From Octopus sinensis (taxonomy: Eukaryota): a stretch of DNA of 64,000 nt. The notes beneath the pieces were generated by a model that was given only the letters and a program-made list of their open reading frames with translations, was not told the DNA's origin and ran no database searches. This document shows, piece after piece, positions 39,490 through 53,735 of the stretch. The DNA lies in assembly GCF_006345805.1 (NCBI RefSeq), contig NC_043003.1, forward strand, positions 16,368,001 to 16,432,000, given 5' to 3'. How positions within the stretch are numbered: the first letter of the stretch is position 1; every line of letters starts with the position of its first letter. Both the position numbers and the translations under genes were made by a program.

Positions 39490-39738
39490 TCATCATCATC
39501 ATTGTTCGACCGTGGTCGAGACAATGGAATTTACCATGCTACACCAGATTTCACGGTCCATCATGGCATTACGGAGGTCCTGTTGCTGGATGCCTGTATC
39601 CCTGGAGATTACATCAGGGTAGGAGAGTGTGCGCCCTCTGGTATTGCGAGTAGATGGCTTCCAGAGGAGAAGAGTAGAAATTACCTCTTTTTCAGCTCTA
39701 CAACAATGTCCAGCAAACTGGACTTTTTTACCTTTCAC
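39490..39738 (-). mobile_element. 5'-truncated RTE-clade LINE inserted in SINE-B with a 7-bp TSD
   Basis: KVQFAGHCCRAEKE...LLWKP...TLSYPDVISRDTG...AMMDREIW and a (TGA)n tail. aaggcaa is duplicated at 39483-39489 and 39739-39745. Confidence 0.85.
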
Positions 39739-39944
39739 AAGGCAAAGTCGACCCTCGTGTCATTTGATCTCAGAACGTAGAGTAGAGTCGGAAGAAATTC
39801 TGCTAAGCATTTTGTAAAAATCCTGCCTGCTAACCGACTTTATTAGTGCATTAATTAAAACTACTTGGTCCCACGTTTCAGTCAGCATTTCCTCTTTCAT
39901 CGATATTCTACACAACTTTCCGAACGATATTTAAATCTAACACT

Positions 39945-40211
39945 CTTTTTACTCTTTTGCTTGTTTCAGTCATTTGACTGCAGCCATGCTGGAGCAACGT
40001 CTTTAGTCGAGAAAATCGACCCCAGGACTCATTCTTTGTAAGCATAGTACTTATTCTATCGGTCTCTTTTGCCGAACCGGTATGTTACAGGGACGTAAAC
40101 ACACCACCATCGGTTGTCAAGCGATGTTTGGGGGGGGGACAAACACAGACACACAAACATATGCATACACACACACACAACACACACACACACAACACAC
40201 ACACACATATA

Positions 40212-40259
<48 letters not shown>

Positions 40260-40425
40260 TATGGTGTGTTTCTTTCAGTTTCCGTCAACCAAATCCATTC
40301 ACAAGGCTTTGGTCGGCCCGAGGCTATCGTAGAAGACACTTGCCCAAGGTGCCACGCAGTGGGACTGAGCCCAGAACCATGTGCTTGGCAAGCAAGCTAC
40401 TTACCACACAGCCACTCCGACACCT
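39945..40425 (-). mobile_element. SINE-A, full length
   Basis: Family consensus match. Confidence 0.9.
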
Positions 40426-41369
40426 ATGTTGTTGTAGATGGTGATGATGATGATTATCTTCAAACACGAGCGTCCTCACTATCTTCCTTACATTCACCAT
40501 CATTAAAAATCCTCCTCCTTCCCATCGTCCTCACCTTCAAAATCATCGTCGCCGTCGCCCTCGTCATTATATTCATTAAATAATCTAGTTATATTCATCC
40601 CTTGCAAACAAGGTAGCTTTGAATACACAGAACAAGAATCCCTGGATCAAAACCGATCTCTCCCAATAGACATGCTATAGATCGGCATAGAGCAGTAGGG
40701 CTCAAACAGCCTTAATGACACCTACATATCGTTTACAGAAGTGGATTGATAAAGGATGGAAGTATCATTGAGCAATTGTTCTCAAAATTGTATGGTATGT
40801 TTTAACATGATTACGACTCATTCGGCGAAATATCTTTCAAAAATGCTATCTTATTGATGAAACACGTTGTGCTCCCTTGTGGTCCATTAATGTAAGAGAG
40901 TTGATAATTTCTACATAATATTTCGCGGAATTAGAAGTTTGTAATCTAATATCGACGAACAGAGAAGGAGACACGCAAAATATACATATTTATTTATTTA
41001 TTTATTGATTACGTATTATGAAGATCAAAAAATTTCTAGTCTTAGGCAATCGCGTATAGCACCATTTCATCCTTATTAGAAATTATCAGTATGACATAAT
41101 CCGAGGTAAATAAATTTGATTAAATTAAACATTTTACAAAGCGAGACAATACTTGCAGATGGAAAATAATTATATTACATATCACATCACTTTAGTGTGC
41201 CTTCTTTTAGTTTAGACTCTAATAGAATAAAATATTAAGGTGTTATACGTGCTATTACTTGTAGTGTATTTAAGTAGGTGTTTTCAACATTTATCTTGAT
41301 GCCTTTCATTTCTGTCAAATAAACAGGAAGACCACAAAGTTTTATCACAAAACACAATGAATTAAGTGC

Positions 41370-41424
<55 letters not shown>

Positions 41425-41975
41425 ACCACACACACAGACACACACACAATGTGTATGTATATATATATATATAACTATATATAAATAATGTAATATATAT
41501 ATGTGTGTAATGTAATATATATACATATAATGGATATATATATATATATGTTTATATATATATATCTAATATATAATATGTATATGTAGAATATAGGTAT
41601 ATATAACGTATCTATACACACTCATACATACACATATATACGTATATATGTATATATGTATATGTATTTAGTAACCATGATGTGTAATTTATAACGAAAA
41701 ATGGAAACACATATAAAATGCCATATTACTCCTTAGAAATGACTTGACTAAATTAGATCTCACAGTTCCGAGAATTGGGGAAGAATCATCCTTCACAAAA
41801 TTCAGTTAACTCTGATTTCCTTCTCCGAAACAAATACGTTAAACATTCGAATTTATATTTGCCACCTCCGCGTTGATCAAAATTGCGTGTCGAGGAACTA
41901 CTTGCTCCCTCGCTTCAGTCATCATTCCCTCTTTCATTGATATTCTACATAACTTACAGAAAGATATTCAATCTA

Positions 41976-42189
41976 ACACTCTTTTACTCTTTTGCTTGTT
42001 TCAGCCATTTGACTACGGCCATGCTGGAGCACCGCTTTTAGTCGAGCAAATAGACCCCAGGACTTATTCTTTGTAAGCCTAGTACTTATTCTATCGGTCG
42101 CTTTTGCCGAACCGCTAAGTTATGGCGACGAAAACACATCAGCATTGGTTGTCAAGCGATGTTGGGTGGGGACAAACACATACACACAA

Positions 42190-42260
<71 letters not shown>

Positions 42261-42675
42261 CATATATATGACGGGCTTCTTTCAGTTTCCTATTTCTTTA
42301 TTGCCCACAAGGGGCTACACACAGAGGGGACAAGCAAAGACAGAAAAACAGATTAAGTCGATTATATCGACCCCAGTGCGTAACTGGTACTTGTTTAATC
42401 GACCCCGAAAGGATGAAAGGCAAAGTCGACCTCGGCGGAATTTGAACTCAGAACGTATCGGCACACGAAATGCCGCTAAGCATTTCGCCCGGCCTACTAA
42501 AGTTTCTGCTACCTAACCGCCTTTCAGTTTCCGTCTACCAAATTCACTGACAAGGCGTTGGTCGGCCTGAGGCTATAGTAGAAGTCACTTGTCCAAGGTG
42601 CCGCGCAGTGGGACTGAACCCAGAACCATGTGGTTGGTAAGCAAGCTACTTACCACGCAGCCACTCCTGCGCCTA
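41976..42675 (-). mobile_element. SINE-A with nested SINE-B
   Basis: Family consensus match, interrupted at 42291-42521. Confidence 0.9.
42291..42521 (-). mobile_element. SINE-B monomer with an 11-bp TSD
   Basis: tttcagtttcc is duplicated at 42280-42290 and 42522-42532. The 3' end is ...aataaagaaata. Confidence 0.9.
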
Positions 42676-42711
42676 TATATAAATCTAATATAAATTTATA
42701 TTTCTGTTAAC

Positions 42712-43110
42712 TATAGGCGCAAGTGTGGCTCTGTGGTAAGTAGCTTGTTTGCCAACCACATAGTTCCAGGTTCAGTCCCACTGCATCACACCATGGGCAG
42801 GTGTCTTCTACTATAACCTCGGGCCGACTAAAGCCGTATGAGTGGATTTGTTAGACGGAAACTGAAAGATGTCTGTCGTAAATGTGCGCGTGTTTGTGTG
42901 TCTGTGTTTGTTCCCCACCCCCACAACATCGCTTGACAACCGATGTTGGTGTGTTTACATCCTTGTAACTTTGCGGTTCGGCAAAAGAGATCGATAGGAT
43001 AAGTACTAGGCTTACAAAGAATAAGTCCTGGGATCGATTTGTTCGAGTAAAGGTGGTGCTCCAGCATGATCGCATCAAATGACTGAAGCAAATAAAAGAA
43101 TAAAAAACGA
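42712..43110 (+). mobile_element. SINE-A, full length
   Basis: Family consensus match, divergent to the copy ending at 42675. Confidence 0.9.
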
Positions 43111-43339
43111 AAGAATATGTAAAAGGTTCTGATTTATATGAAGAAAAAAACAAGATGGCATAACTTTTATAAAAGAGCATAACTATCACCCGTATGTAAA
43201 ATACATCGGCGCAAATCTGGCTATGCGGTTTAGAAGTTCGACTCGCACCATGTTTGGTAGCAACTTATACACGTCAAAAATTCTCTAACAAATCAATGTA
43301 GTACATTATTGTACTTGTAATTATACTTTGTGACAGCGT

Positions 43340-43985
43340 TCACCCAGTGCGGGTGAGCCGGCTTCTTCTCTGGTCCTAACGGCATCACGAACCATGGCGG
43401 CCCACGCTCAACGGTCCCGTGCGAGGTCACTGGAGATAGCGAGCCATTCGCGGTTCCATCTGCGCAGACCGACTACCTGCGGACCTGAGAGTTCGGAGAG
43501 GTCCTCCTTTATCGTCATTGCCCAGGTCTTCAGCTGCCCGTCCGTGCATTTGCGCCAGCTGGGAAGTGGATGTGGGAGGAGGACGTCGCGAATCAGCTCA
43601 CTCTCTGGACGCCGGGCCGCATGACCGAACCACCTTAAGCGCCGTTGTAAAAGCACCGAAGGGAGGGACCGGAGATTCAGACAATGACGAAGACCAGCTG
43701 TAGGAGCCCGATCAATGCGTCGGCATCGAAGAATGCGGCCGAGACAGTCATTGTCGAACACCTCCAGCCTTCGCTGATCGACTACCCTCATAGGCCATGT
43801 TTCACAACCATAGAGGAGGATAGTACGAACGACGGCCTGGTAGATACGCCCTTTGGTCACCGAGGAGATCTCTATTCTGTCCTACAGGCACCGCTGGAGG
43901 CGCACGAATGCGGACCTGGCGACACCTATGCGACGCTCGACCTCGGCTGCGCCCTGGCCCGTTGGAACCACCGTCGTACTTTATC
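43340..43985 (-). mobile_element. RTE-clade LINE 3' fragment
   Basis: ORF 43408-43860: TKGRIYQAVVRTILLYGCETW...LEVFDNDCL.RIL...RRLRWFGHAARR...KTWAMTIKEDL. Confidence 0.9.
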
Positions 43986-44191
43986 AAATTAATTTCGGTT
44001 ACATTTCAGTTTAATCGCAGTTTATAATTTTAGTTTCAGTTTATTTCAGTTTATATTTCAGTTTGGTTTTAAAACTTCGTCGGATAAAGAAGGGCGATGA
44101 AGTATGGCATGATCTCTGATATTCATTGGAAAAAAGAAGGAAAAATCTTGATAACTTTTGACTAGAAATCTGATCCGTATACTTGTAATAC

Positions 44192-44422
44192 TCTCTTTTA
44201 CTCTTTACTCTTTTACTTGTTTCAGTCATTTGACTGTGGCCATGCTGGAGCATCACCTTTAGTCGAGCAAATCAACCCCCGGGACTTATTCTTTGTAAGC
44301 CTAGTACTTATTCTATCGGTCTCTTTTGCCGAACGGCTAAGTTACAGGGACGTAACACACCAGTATCGATTGTCAAGCGATGTGGGAGGGGGGCAAACAC
44401 AGACACACAAACGTATACACAC

Positions 44423-44459
<37 letters not shown>

Positions 44460-44635
44460 TACATATATACGACGGGTTTCTTTCAGTTTCCGTCTACCAA
44501 ATCCACTCACAAGGCCTTAGTCGGCCCGAGACAATTGTAGAAGACACTTGCACAAGGTGCCACGTAGTGTGGACTGAACCAAGAATCAAGTGGTTGGTAA
44601 GCAAGCTACTTACCGCACAGTCACTCCTGCGCCTA
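44192..44635 (-). mobile_element. SINE-A, full length
   Basis: Family consensus match. Confidence 0.9.
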
Positions 44636-44979
44636 CATAGTGAACTTATCGCACCGTTCCGCAGTTGTCTGGCGAAAGATCTGAAGTCTAACTCCCATAC
44701 ATTGTATTTTTTTCCTTTTTGGAAACTAGCGTCAAAGCAAACAAAACGATATCCATAAAATTATACAGACTTATATAAAGATGTGTACTTAGAGGCCGAC
44801 CGATAGATTTATATAATATTTTACGGAGATTTCAATGTAACTGTTTGTAATCTCTATGTCTGCTCATATTTAAGTAAAATTTCAATTAACATATTATATA
44901 TATTTATACATAAGGACGTTTATGAATTTATTCATGGAAGCGTTCACACATACAGATTCATATATATTATATATATATC

Positions 44980-45355
44980 TTTTACTTGTTTCAGTGATTA
45001 AACCGCGGCAATTGGGGGGCAGCGCCTGGAAGGGTTTTAGTCGAACAAATCACCGGAGATATTTTGTGAGCGTGTCTTTATCGGTGTCTTTTGCTGAACC
45101 GCTAGACTGAAGGAACGTAGACACACCAACACTGGTTGAAAGGAGGTGGTGCTGAACTAACACAGACACAGACACATACATGCACACACACACACGACGG
45201 GGTTCTTTCAGGTTCCATCTATAAACCCACTCACAAGGCTTTTGTCGGCCCGAGGCTATAGTAGAAGACACTTACCCAATGGGCCACACTGGAACTGAAC
45301 TGGAATAATGTGGTTCGTAAGCAAGCTTCTTACCACACAACACTCCTGTGCCTAT
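44980..45355 (-). mobile_element. SINE-A, diverged
   Basis: Family consensus match with many substitutions. Confidence 0.8.
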
Positions 45356-45543
45356 GCGAATAATTTATCAATGAAATACAATAGTAAGAAAAGTATGTAT
45401 GGGTATATATCAGTATAGAGAAGGACAAACGCTCATAGATATATATATTTATATGCATATATCTATATCCATATTTATCTCTCTCTATATATATGCACAT
45501 ATATGCGTATCTATCTAGCTTATGTATTTATGTATGTATGTAT

Positions 45544-45766
45544 GGCTCTCTTTCTTCTCTACTCTCTCTTCTCTCTCTGTATGTGATCTTTTTCCTCTGT
45601 CTTCCCTTCTCGGGATCTTTCCTTCTCCTTTGTTTCCGACGAAGAGCTCCGCTCGAAACGTTAAACCCTCCTTCTTCCCTTCTTCCTGAGCGTCAAATAT
45701 ACTTTAATTGTTCCACGTCCTCGCGTTGCTGTGTTTTTTTTCTGTGTTTTCTTGTTTGGATTAACT
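45544..45766 (+). mobile_element. Short (TA)n-flanked repeat with a minimal hammerhead-like motif (putative PLE pLTR)
   Basis: gttt-ccgacga-a-gagc(tcc)gctc-gaa-acgt-t-aaac at 45632-45666. Homologous to 20690-20890. Confidence 0.6.
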
Positions 45767-46261
45767 ATATATATATATATATATATAATATATATATATA
45801 TATATAATAATCTGTATACATATATTCTAAGCTTATACACCACAACCCGCTCGCAGACACATAGTAATAATAACAATATAAAAATGCATTTATGAATGCA
45901 TATATTCATGCATGTATACAAATATATTGTATTCATATATGAATATATTACATTCATATATGCATATCAGATAATCTCCATACATTTTACATCAATAAAT
46001 CTTGTGGTATGATCATCTGATATCTTTGTACGAAAGAATCTTTTATTTAACAAATTGAACTTCGTTTCGATAATGCCTTTTAGATAGATCTATTAATCTA
46101 ACAAATTTGGCTAGCTTCCCCGTGATGCAGAGCTATTTTGGGTACCAAGTTTCTCTGAGACGATGGTAATATATATCTATTTATATTTTGCGCCTGGGAA
46201 TATTTGGTATTTCATCCAATTGTTAATATAATATATGATGTAATATAATTTAATATAGTAT

Positions 46262-46770
46262 CTATGTATGTATGAATTTATGTATGCATATGTATGTATG
46301 TATGCATGTATGAATGCATATGTATGTATGTATGCATGTATGTATGTATGTATGTATGTATGTATGTATGTATGTATGTATGTATGTATGTATTATGTAT
46401 GTGTGTATGTATGTATTATGTATGTGTGTATGTATGTATAACATTATTTAGTTTATTTCAAGATTTCTTGCAAATAGAGAAAGAAACGGTTTCTAACCAA
46501 GGTTCCTTCATTGGAATTTCAAGATCAAGAACAGAGTTGTTTTGTTTGTTTGATTGTTTTTTATGTATGTATGTATGTATGTATGTATGTGCAGATTTGG
46601 ATGTATATGTGTATATGTATGTGTCCGTGAATGTGCATGTATGTATGTATGTATGTATGTATGTATGTATGTATGTATGTATGTATGTATTTATGTATGT
46701 ATGTATGTATGTATGTATGTATGTATGTATGTATGCATGTATGTTTGTATATCTGTTTGTATATATGTGT
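46262..46770. repeat. (TATG)n arrays with a ~120-bp insert
   Basis: Direct inspection. Confidence 0.9.
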
Positions 46771-46861
46771 GTATGCGTGCAAGGATTTGTCTTTCCGTAA
46801 ATTTCTTCTTAAACTTTATCTTCGACATTATTCAGTTTCTATAAACGAAATTTCGACAAAA

Positions 46862-47247
46862 CAATGATGGCACTCCGTCGGTTACGACGAAGAGTGTTCC
46901 AGTTGATCCGATCAACGGAACAGCCTGCTCGTGAAGTTAATGTGCAAGTGGCTGAGCACTCCACAGACACTTGTACCCTTAACGTAGTTCTCGGGTAGAT
47001 TAAGCGTGACACAGAGTGGGACAAGGCTGGCCTTTTGAAATACAGGTACAACAGAAACAGGAAGAAAGAGTGAGAGAAAGCTGTGGTGAAACTGTGCAGC
47101 AGGGTTCACCACCAGCCCCAACCGGAGCATTGTGGAGCTTTAGGTGTTTTCGCTCAATAAACACTCACAACACCCGGTCTGGGAATCGAAACCGCGATCC
47201 TAAGACCGCGAGTCCGCTGTCCTAACCACTGGGCCATTGCGCCACCA
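46862..47247 (-). mobile_element. SINE-C
   Basis: tRNA-like head shared with 2440-2725. Confidence 0.8.
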
Positions 47248-47289
47248 CAAAGCAATAAAGCAATAGTAAAAACACCAACTATAATGATG

Positions 47290-47500
47290 ATGATGATGAT
47301 GATCCTTTCGACTATAGGCACAAGGCCTGAAATTTTGAGGAAGGGAACTAGTCAGTTACATGGACCCCAATGTTTCACTTGTACTTAATTTATCGAATCC
47401 GAAAGGATGAAAGGCAAAGACGACTCCGGGGCTATTTGAACTCAGAACGTTAAGTCGGAAGAAATGCCACGAAGCATTTTTACGGCACAGTAACGATTCT
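47290..47500 (-). mobile_element. SINE-B, diverged monomer
   Basis: gaaaggatgaaaggcaaagacgac...tttgaactcagaacg. Confidence 0.75.
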
Positions 47501-47514
47501 GCCACCTCACCATC

Positions 47515-47577
<63 letters not shown>

Positions 47578-47599
47578 CTGATGGTGACGATGTAATAAA

Positions 47600-47850
47600 T
47601 ATATACAATATAGGCGCAGGAGTGACTGTGTGGTAAATAGCTTGCTTGCTAACCACATGGTTCCGGGTTCAATCCCACTGCGTGGCACCTTGGGCAAGTG
47701 CCTTCTACTATAGCCTCGAGCCAACCAATGCCTTGTGGGTGGATTTGGTAGACCGAAACTGAAAAAAGCCCGTCGTATATATATATACATATATTTGTCT
47801 AAAGGCGGTGCTCCAATGTGTCCACTGTCAAATGACAGAAAAAAAAAAGA
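47600..47850 (+). mobile_element. SINE-A, internally deleted
   Basis: The head and the last ~40 bp match the consensus. Confidence 0.85.
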
Positions 47851-48749
47851 ATGCATTGACCCTATTTCTCTTTGTCACTTAAGCTAAAAGGAACTGCATA
47901 TGGCAGCAACGGCGGTCACCAGTCAAATTTTACACGTGTGTGTGTTAAACAATTGTCGAAATCTGAATGCAACATGGCGAAAGGAAATATTGGAAACTAA
48001 TCCGAAATCACTCCGATGTGATAGACAGCGTAGGACAAACGGCCAAATGTCCTACATTCAGGCCTGTATGTAGTTTGTAGTGAAAATAGTAATCATGTCT
48101 ACATGAAGACCTCACAAACAAGGCGAGTATGTACTGGAAAAAACACAATGATAAATGGGAGAAATAATATAAGACCCTTGAAAGACGCCCAAAATGAAAT
48201 CTTAAACACGTAAGAGACTTCTATTAATGAAAATCTCCTCCACTTTTATATGTAAAAGAAATAGAAAATATCGATCGTACTCTGTATAATGTTAATGGTA
48301 ATCTCATTTATAAATGGATCATGGGCTTTTAATGCCCTCCTTCTTTCACATCTTTTGTCGACCATTTAAAAAAAATAAAAGGAAAAGAAAAGTCGATCGT
48401 TTATATAGTTACTAAGTGTTTTAAATGACCACGTAGTTTTATCTCAGTTTGCGGTGCATTGTTACGCTCCAATTCAGAACGAAATAAATTTAAATTTACC
48501 TGCATTTACTTGCATCTACTAGGACAACCATAACATAAAAAAAACCCAGAAAAAAAAGGAGTAGATTATACAGAAATATATACTCGCATAATAATAAAAT
48601 AAGCATATAAAAAATCTCTCTCTCAGTGATTCTTTCCCCACTTTTATTTCTTAGCAAACTCCATTTCTCTCTGTCCCTTAAGCTAAAAACAACTGCAGAT
48701 GGAAGGAACGGCGGTCACCAAATATATGTGTGCGTATGCAAATTACGTA

Positions 48750-48920
48750 TATAGGCGTAGGAGTGACTGTGTGGTAAGTAGCTTGCTTACGAACCACAGG
48801 GTTTCGGATTCAGTCCCACTGCGTGGCACCTTGAATAAGTGTCTTTTACTATAGCCTCGGGCCGACCAAAGCCTTGTGAGTGGATTTGGTAGACAGAAAC
48901 TAAAAGAAGCCCGTCGTATT
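48750..48920 (+). mobile_element. SINE-A 5' half
   Basis: Family consensus match. Confidence 0.88.
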
Positions 48921-49230
48921 TGAATACCTCGAACAGACTCAAACAGTGAAAGTATTCTCCGATGGAGTGGTGCTTTTGATTTTTGGGACGATGATCTCGT
49001 CTTCAAAACTACCCAGGAATATCAAATTGTTACACAGAAATACACAGATGTTACAAACAACCAACTAATCAACCAACCAGACAACCAACCAACCAACCAA
49101 CCAACCAACCAACTAAATAGATAAATCCTTCAAGATCCTTATAAATCATAAGCTCCAAGATAGTTGATAATCTCCACGGTAATCTTGTATCCACAGCACA
49201 ACCAAAACTGCACCCAAAATATGTAATATA

Positions 49231-49785
49231 TTGAGTTGTCCGGAAAGTTCGTGCCGATTTTTAAAGGAAAGAAAAAGGTCAATAAATACTTACTATTACA
49301 TTTTTAATCCACCAAATATGAATCATTTTGTTGCACAGTGCGTCTCCATCTTTCCTTTTACCTGAAAATACCCTCTTCCCTGAATTGAGGTGGTTTCATG
49401 GCAAAGAATTCATCAAGGTATCTTTTTACGTCATCCAAGGAATAGAAATTTTTACCATTGCAGAGACCTGAATAAGTGGAAATCCGAAGGAGCAATATCT
49501 GGTGAGTGTAGAGGGTGGGGTAACACATTCCAGCCAAGCTGCAGCAATTTTTGTCTGGTTCCCAAAGCATCAAGTGCCAAAAGTGAACTTTCTATTCTTC
49601 CATTTTAAAGGGTTACAGAATTAACACAGGTTATAGGAACATAAATCTTCTTCCACGAAAATATAGCTTAAACTGTACTCTAAATGGAGGTGTAGTGAAA
49701 TCCTATTTTATGGACTCAACCATGATCTAAAATAAGTCGAAAGTTAAGCTGCTATAAATCGGCACTAACTTTCCGGACAACCTAA
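49231..49785 (-). mobile_element. Non-autonomous mariner deletion derivative, copy 3
   Basis: Same TIRs and same internal structure as 5674-6235 and 32200-32764. Confidence 0.95.
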
Positions 49786-50129
49786 CAGAAAATACATCAT
49801 GACTTTATATAACGAAATATTAAAACAGCGCAGCATGTATCCCAAGACTATGTCTAGATGACCGTATACAGTACTCCACGAAAAAGTGAAGGGGAGGAGA
49901 TGAAATCATTTTATTATCTATGAAAATTTCCAATAGAGATTGGTAGCGACATATATGCCAGGCTTGTAATAAAAACAGGTAAAATCTAAGATAATTGTTT
50001 TTCTAGGTATCAAAACAATGATGTAATAAAAGAGCGGCGGTTGTTAAATTTATTTAGATATGTACAAAGGATGAGGTGAAATGTAAAGTTGGAGAAAGAG
50101 AGAAAAGAGGAAAGGAAAGGTCAGAACAA

Positions 50130-50750
50130 AAATTAGAGTTAAAGCTAAATGTAAAGTGCAGCATCAAAGCGATCAACTCCTAAGCAGTCTATTGAGATAT
50201 TCTGCAGTCTTCCTTGAATGATAATCGAATTTGTGGAGATTAATCGATGCACTAGAAAACTATTAACAATGCCCAAGGCTCTCATGCATTCAAACCAGTG
50301 TTGGTAGATTGTATATTAGAAAAGAGAAAGCGGGAAGAACAAGACTATTCAATATAACAGTCACAGAACACTAGACATTAACAGAATTAAAGAAGTATGT
50401 TAGTTGGATTAGTGAAAAGGACCTTATATCAGGAAAAAATCAATGGCAAATAGAAAGAATGAGAAAATATTTGAAAACAAAATAAAAAAGGCAAGTAGAG
50501 AAAAATGGAATGGAAATGTGTTACATGGTCGATTTGCCAGACAAACCGAAGAGATAACAATAGAATAAAAGTAGGAGTGGCTGAAAAAAATAGGGTTAAA
50601 CGAGAGAAAGCTGAAAAGTTGATCTTGCTTTCATAGAATAAGTGATTAAGACTTTGTTTAAAACAAACACAGCCAGAAAACATTCTTATTGTAGGTGTCG
50701 GATGTGTGGTAAAGTATACAAACATGTCGGTCATTGAATGCGAGAATGAA
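50130..50750 (+). mobile_element. Highly decayed R4/Dong-clade ORF fragment
   Basis: Frameshifted remnants IKAINS*AV.LRYSAVF, RLYIRKEK and REKWNGNVLHGRFARQT...CRMCGK follow the R4 thumb and zinc-knuckle region. Confidence 0.6.
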
Positions 50751-50937
50751 GCAAGATGATAGTCAAGCAGGCATAGTTAAGTGGGTAAGAAGCTCGCTTT
50801 TCAATCACGTGGCTTCGGGTTCAGCCCCACTGCACAGAACAATACGCAAATGTCTCCTATTATAGCTCCGGGACGACTGATAACTTGCTAGCGGATAAGA
50901 TAGGCAGAAACTGTGTAGAATGTCGACGTGTATATAC

Positions 50938-51012
<75 letters not shown>

Positions 51013-51125
51013 ATATATAAATTCAGGATGAATACTTGATAAATATAAGCACTTGTATATGCCAGTTAGTGGCATAGGTGATAGGTTTCATTTGATACAC
51101 ACACACACACATATATATATATAAT

Positions 51126-51216
<91 letters not shown>

Positions 51217-51358
51217 TATATATAAATTCAGGATGAATACTTGATAAATATAAGCACTTGTATATGCCAGTTAGTGGCATAGGTGATAGGTTTCATTTGA
51301 TACACACACACACATATATATATATAATATATATATATATTATATATATATATATATA

Positions 51359-51410
<52 letters not shown>

Positions 51411-51519
51411 AGTATAATGTGTGTTATGAGCATTTATAGAACACATATCCTATATAAACTCAACAAACAGTTAAGATGGAGAAGAGAAGATGTTAAAAGT
51501 CTTATCAAATTTTAATCCA

Positions 51520-51635
51520 CGCATACGATCGTTTCGAATGGTAACACCAGCATATGAGAAAACATGGAAAAAATTAAAATAATTATAATTATAATCAAAT
51601 TAAGTTAATTACATATTACCATTCTCATCAGGGCA
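51520..51635 (-). ncRNA. Type I hammerhead ribozyme motif with a large stem II loop
   Basis: Minus strand reads CTGATGA-gaatggtaa(71 nt)ttaccattc-GAA-acgatcgt-A-tgcg. Stem II is a perfect 9 bp, stem III is palindromic, triplet GUA. Stem I is imperfect. Confidence 0.65.
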
Positions 51636-52289
51636 AAAAGAAGAGCACATCAGAAAGATTGTATCAGAAGAATATTATGTTGTTACAGGAGACTATATGG
51701 AGTCCGTGTCACATAACTCATTCGGATATTCATAAAATGACTATGACAGATGAAATATAATTATATGCTTAGGTAGTGTTGAGTCTAGTTGTGTAATAAC
51801 TAGTTATTACATGGCAGATCGACCATGTAACACATTTTCATTCCATTTTTAGGGAGGGGACCAGTCGATTAGATCAACCCCAGTACGCAATTGGTACTTA
51901 ATTTATCGACCCCGAAAGAATGAAAGGCAAAGTCGACCTCGGCGGAATTACGATGGAATCCGATGAAGTGTAACAATTTTCATATTTGGTGATGATGACA
52001 ACGATGACGATGCTGATTATTACGATAATGGTGATGACAAAGACAACAAAGACGATCGTAGTTGCGATAGTGATGGCGGTAGTGATAAAGATGGTGGTGG
52101 TATGGTGGTAGTGGTGGTGGTGATGGTAATAATAGCATTAGTGATTGTAAAGTTGATGAAGAGGACTATGATGTTGATGCTGCTGGTATTGTTGCTACAG
52201 TTGTTGCAGCTGCTGCTGCTGATGATGATGGTGGTGGTGATGGTTCTGGTGGTGGTTTTAGTAAGATCTAAGTAATAGTGATGTGTAGG

Positions 52290-52590
52290 AGCAATGGCCC
52301 AGTGGTTAGAGCAGCGGACTCACCGTCGGAGGATCGCGGTTTCGATTCCCAGACCGGGCATTGTGTGTGTTTATTGAGCGAAAACACCTAAAACTTCACG
52401 AGGCTCCGGCAGGGGCTGCTGGCGACCCATGTTGTACTCTTTCGCCCCAACTTTCTCTCACTCTTTCTTCCTGTTTCTTGAGTAAACGCTGCGATGAACT
52501 GGCGTCCCGTCTAGCTGGTGAGGAACACATACACCATAGAAACCATGAAACCGGGTCCATGAGTCTGGCTAGGCTTGAAAAGGGCGCAAA
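52290..52590 (+). mobile_element. SINE-C
   Basis: gcaatggcccagtggttagagcagcggactc...gtttcgattcccagaccgggc head. Confidence 0.8.
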
Positions 52591-53199
52591 AGAGGGAAAA
52601 AAAATAATAGTGGTAACGGTGGTAACGAGAACAACAAGACGACGATGACGGCATTTTTGATGATAAAATTCATGATAATGATAACGACGACACCGATGAC
52701 GACGACACCGATGACGACGACGACAATGATGACGATGGAGGCAGCGGTGGTAGCGGCGATGGCGAGACAGAGATGGAAAATATGAGCAAACTGATTTTTA
52801 AATTCAGAGAAAATGGAAATTAATAAAGCTTATGTATTTCCCATCTGCATTAAACACAAAATGATGATATCCATAAAAGAATACCCACAACAAACCAAAC
52901 CAAAAAAAAGAAGAAAAAAACAATAAATATAATGATACAGAAAAAATAAAACATGCAATAATGATAACAAGAACAAAAAGAAAAAAAAATAATAAAATAA
53001 GAGACAGATTTCAATAATTGTTATTTTATCACTTTTATAGTTTCATCGGAATTCCTGCCTTTTCTGTCCAGCGGTATCTCCAAGGACTCTATATTCGCCT
53101 TCATGTCAAAATCTGCTATCTTCTTTGTTTATACATCTTTTATTACACATATTCTCTATGCATGCAGTATCTGTTTACAATCCCCCTATTGCCTCCGAT

Positions 53200-53735
<536 letters not shown>

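Noticed and set aside
52290-52365. tRNA-like sequences at SINE heads (also 2650-2725, 37610-37680 and 61105-61175)
   Set aside because: A and B boxes are present but there is no complete cloverleaf, and they continue into SINE bodies.
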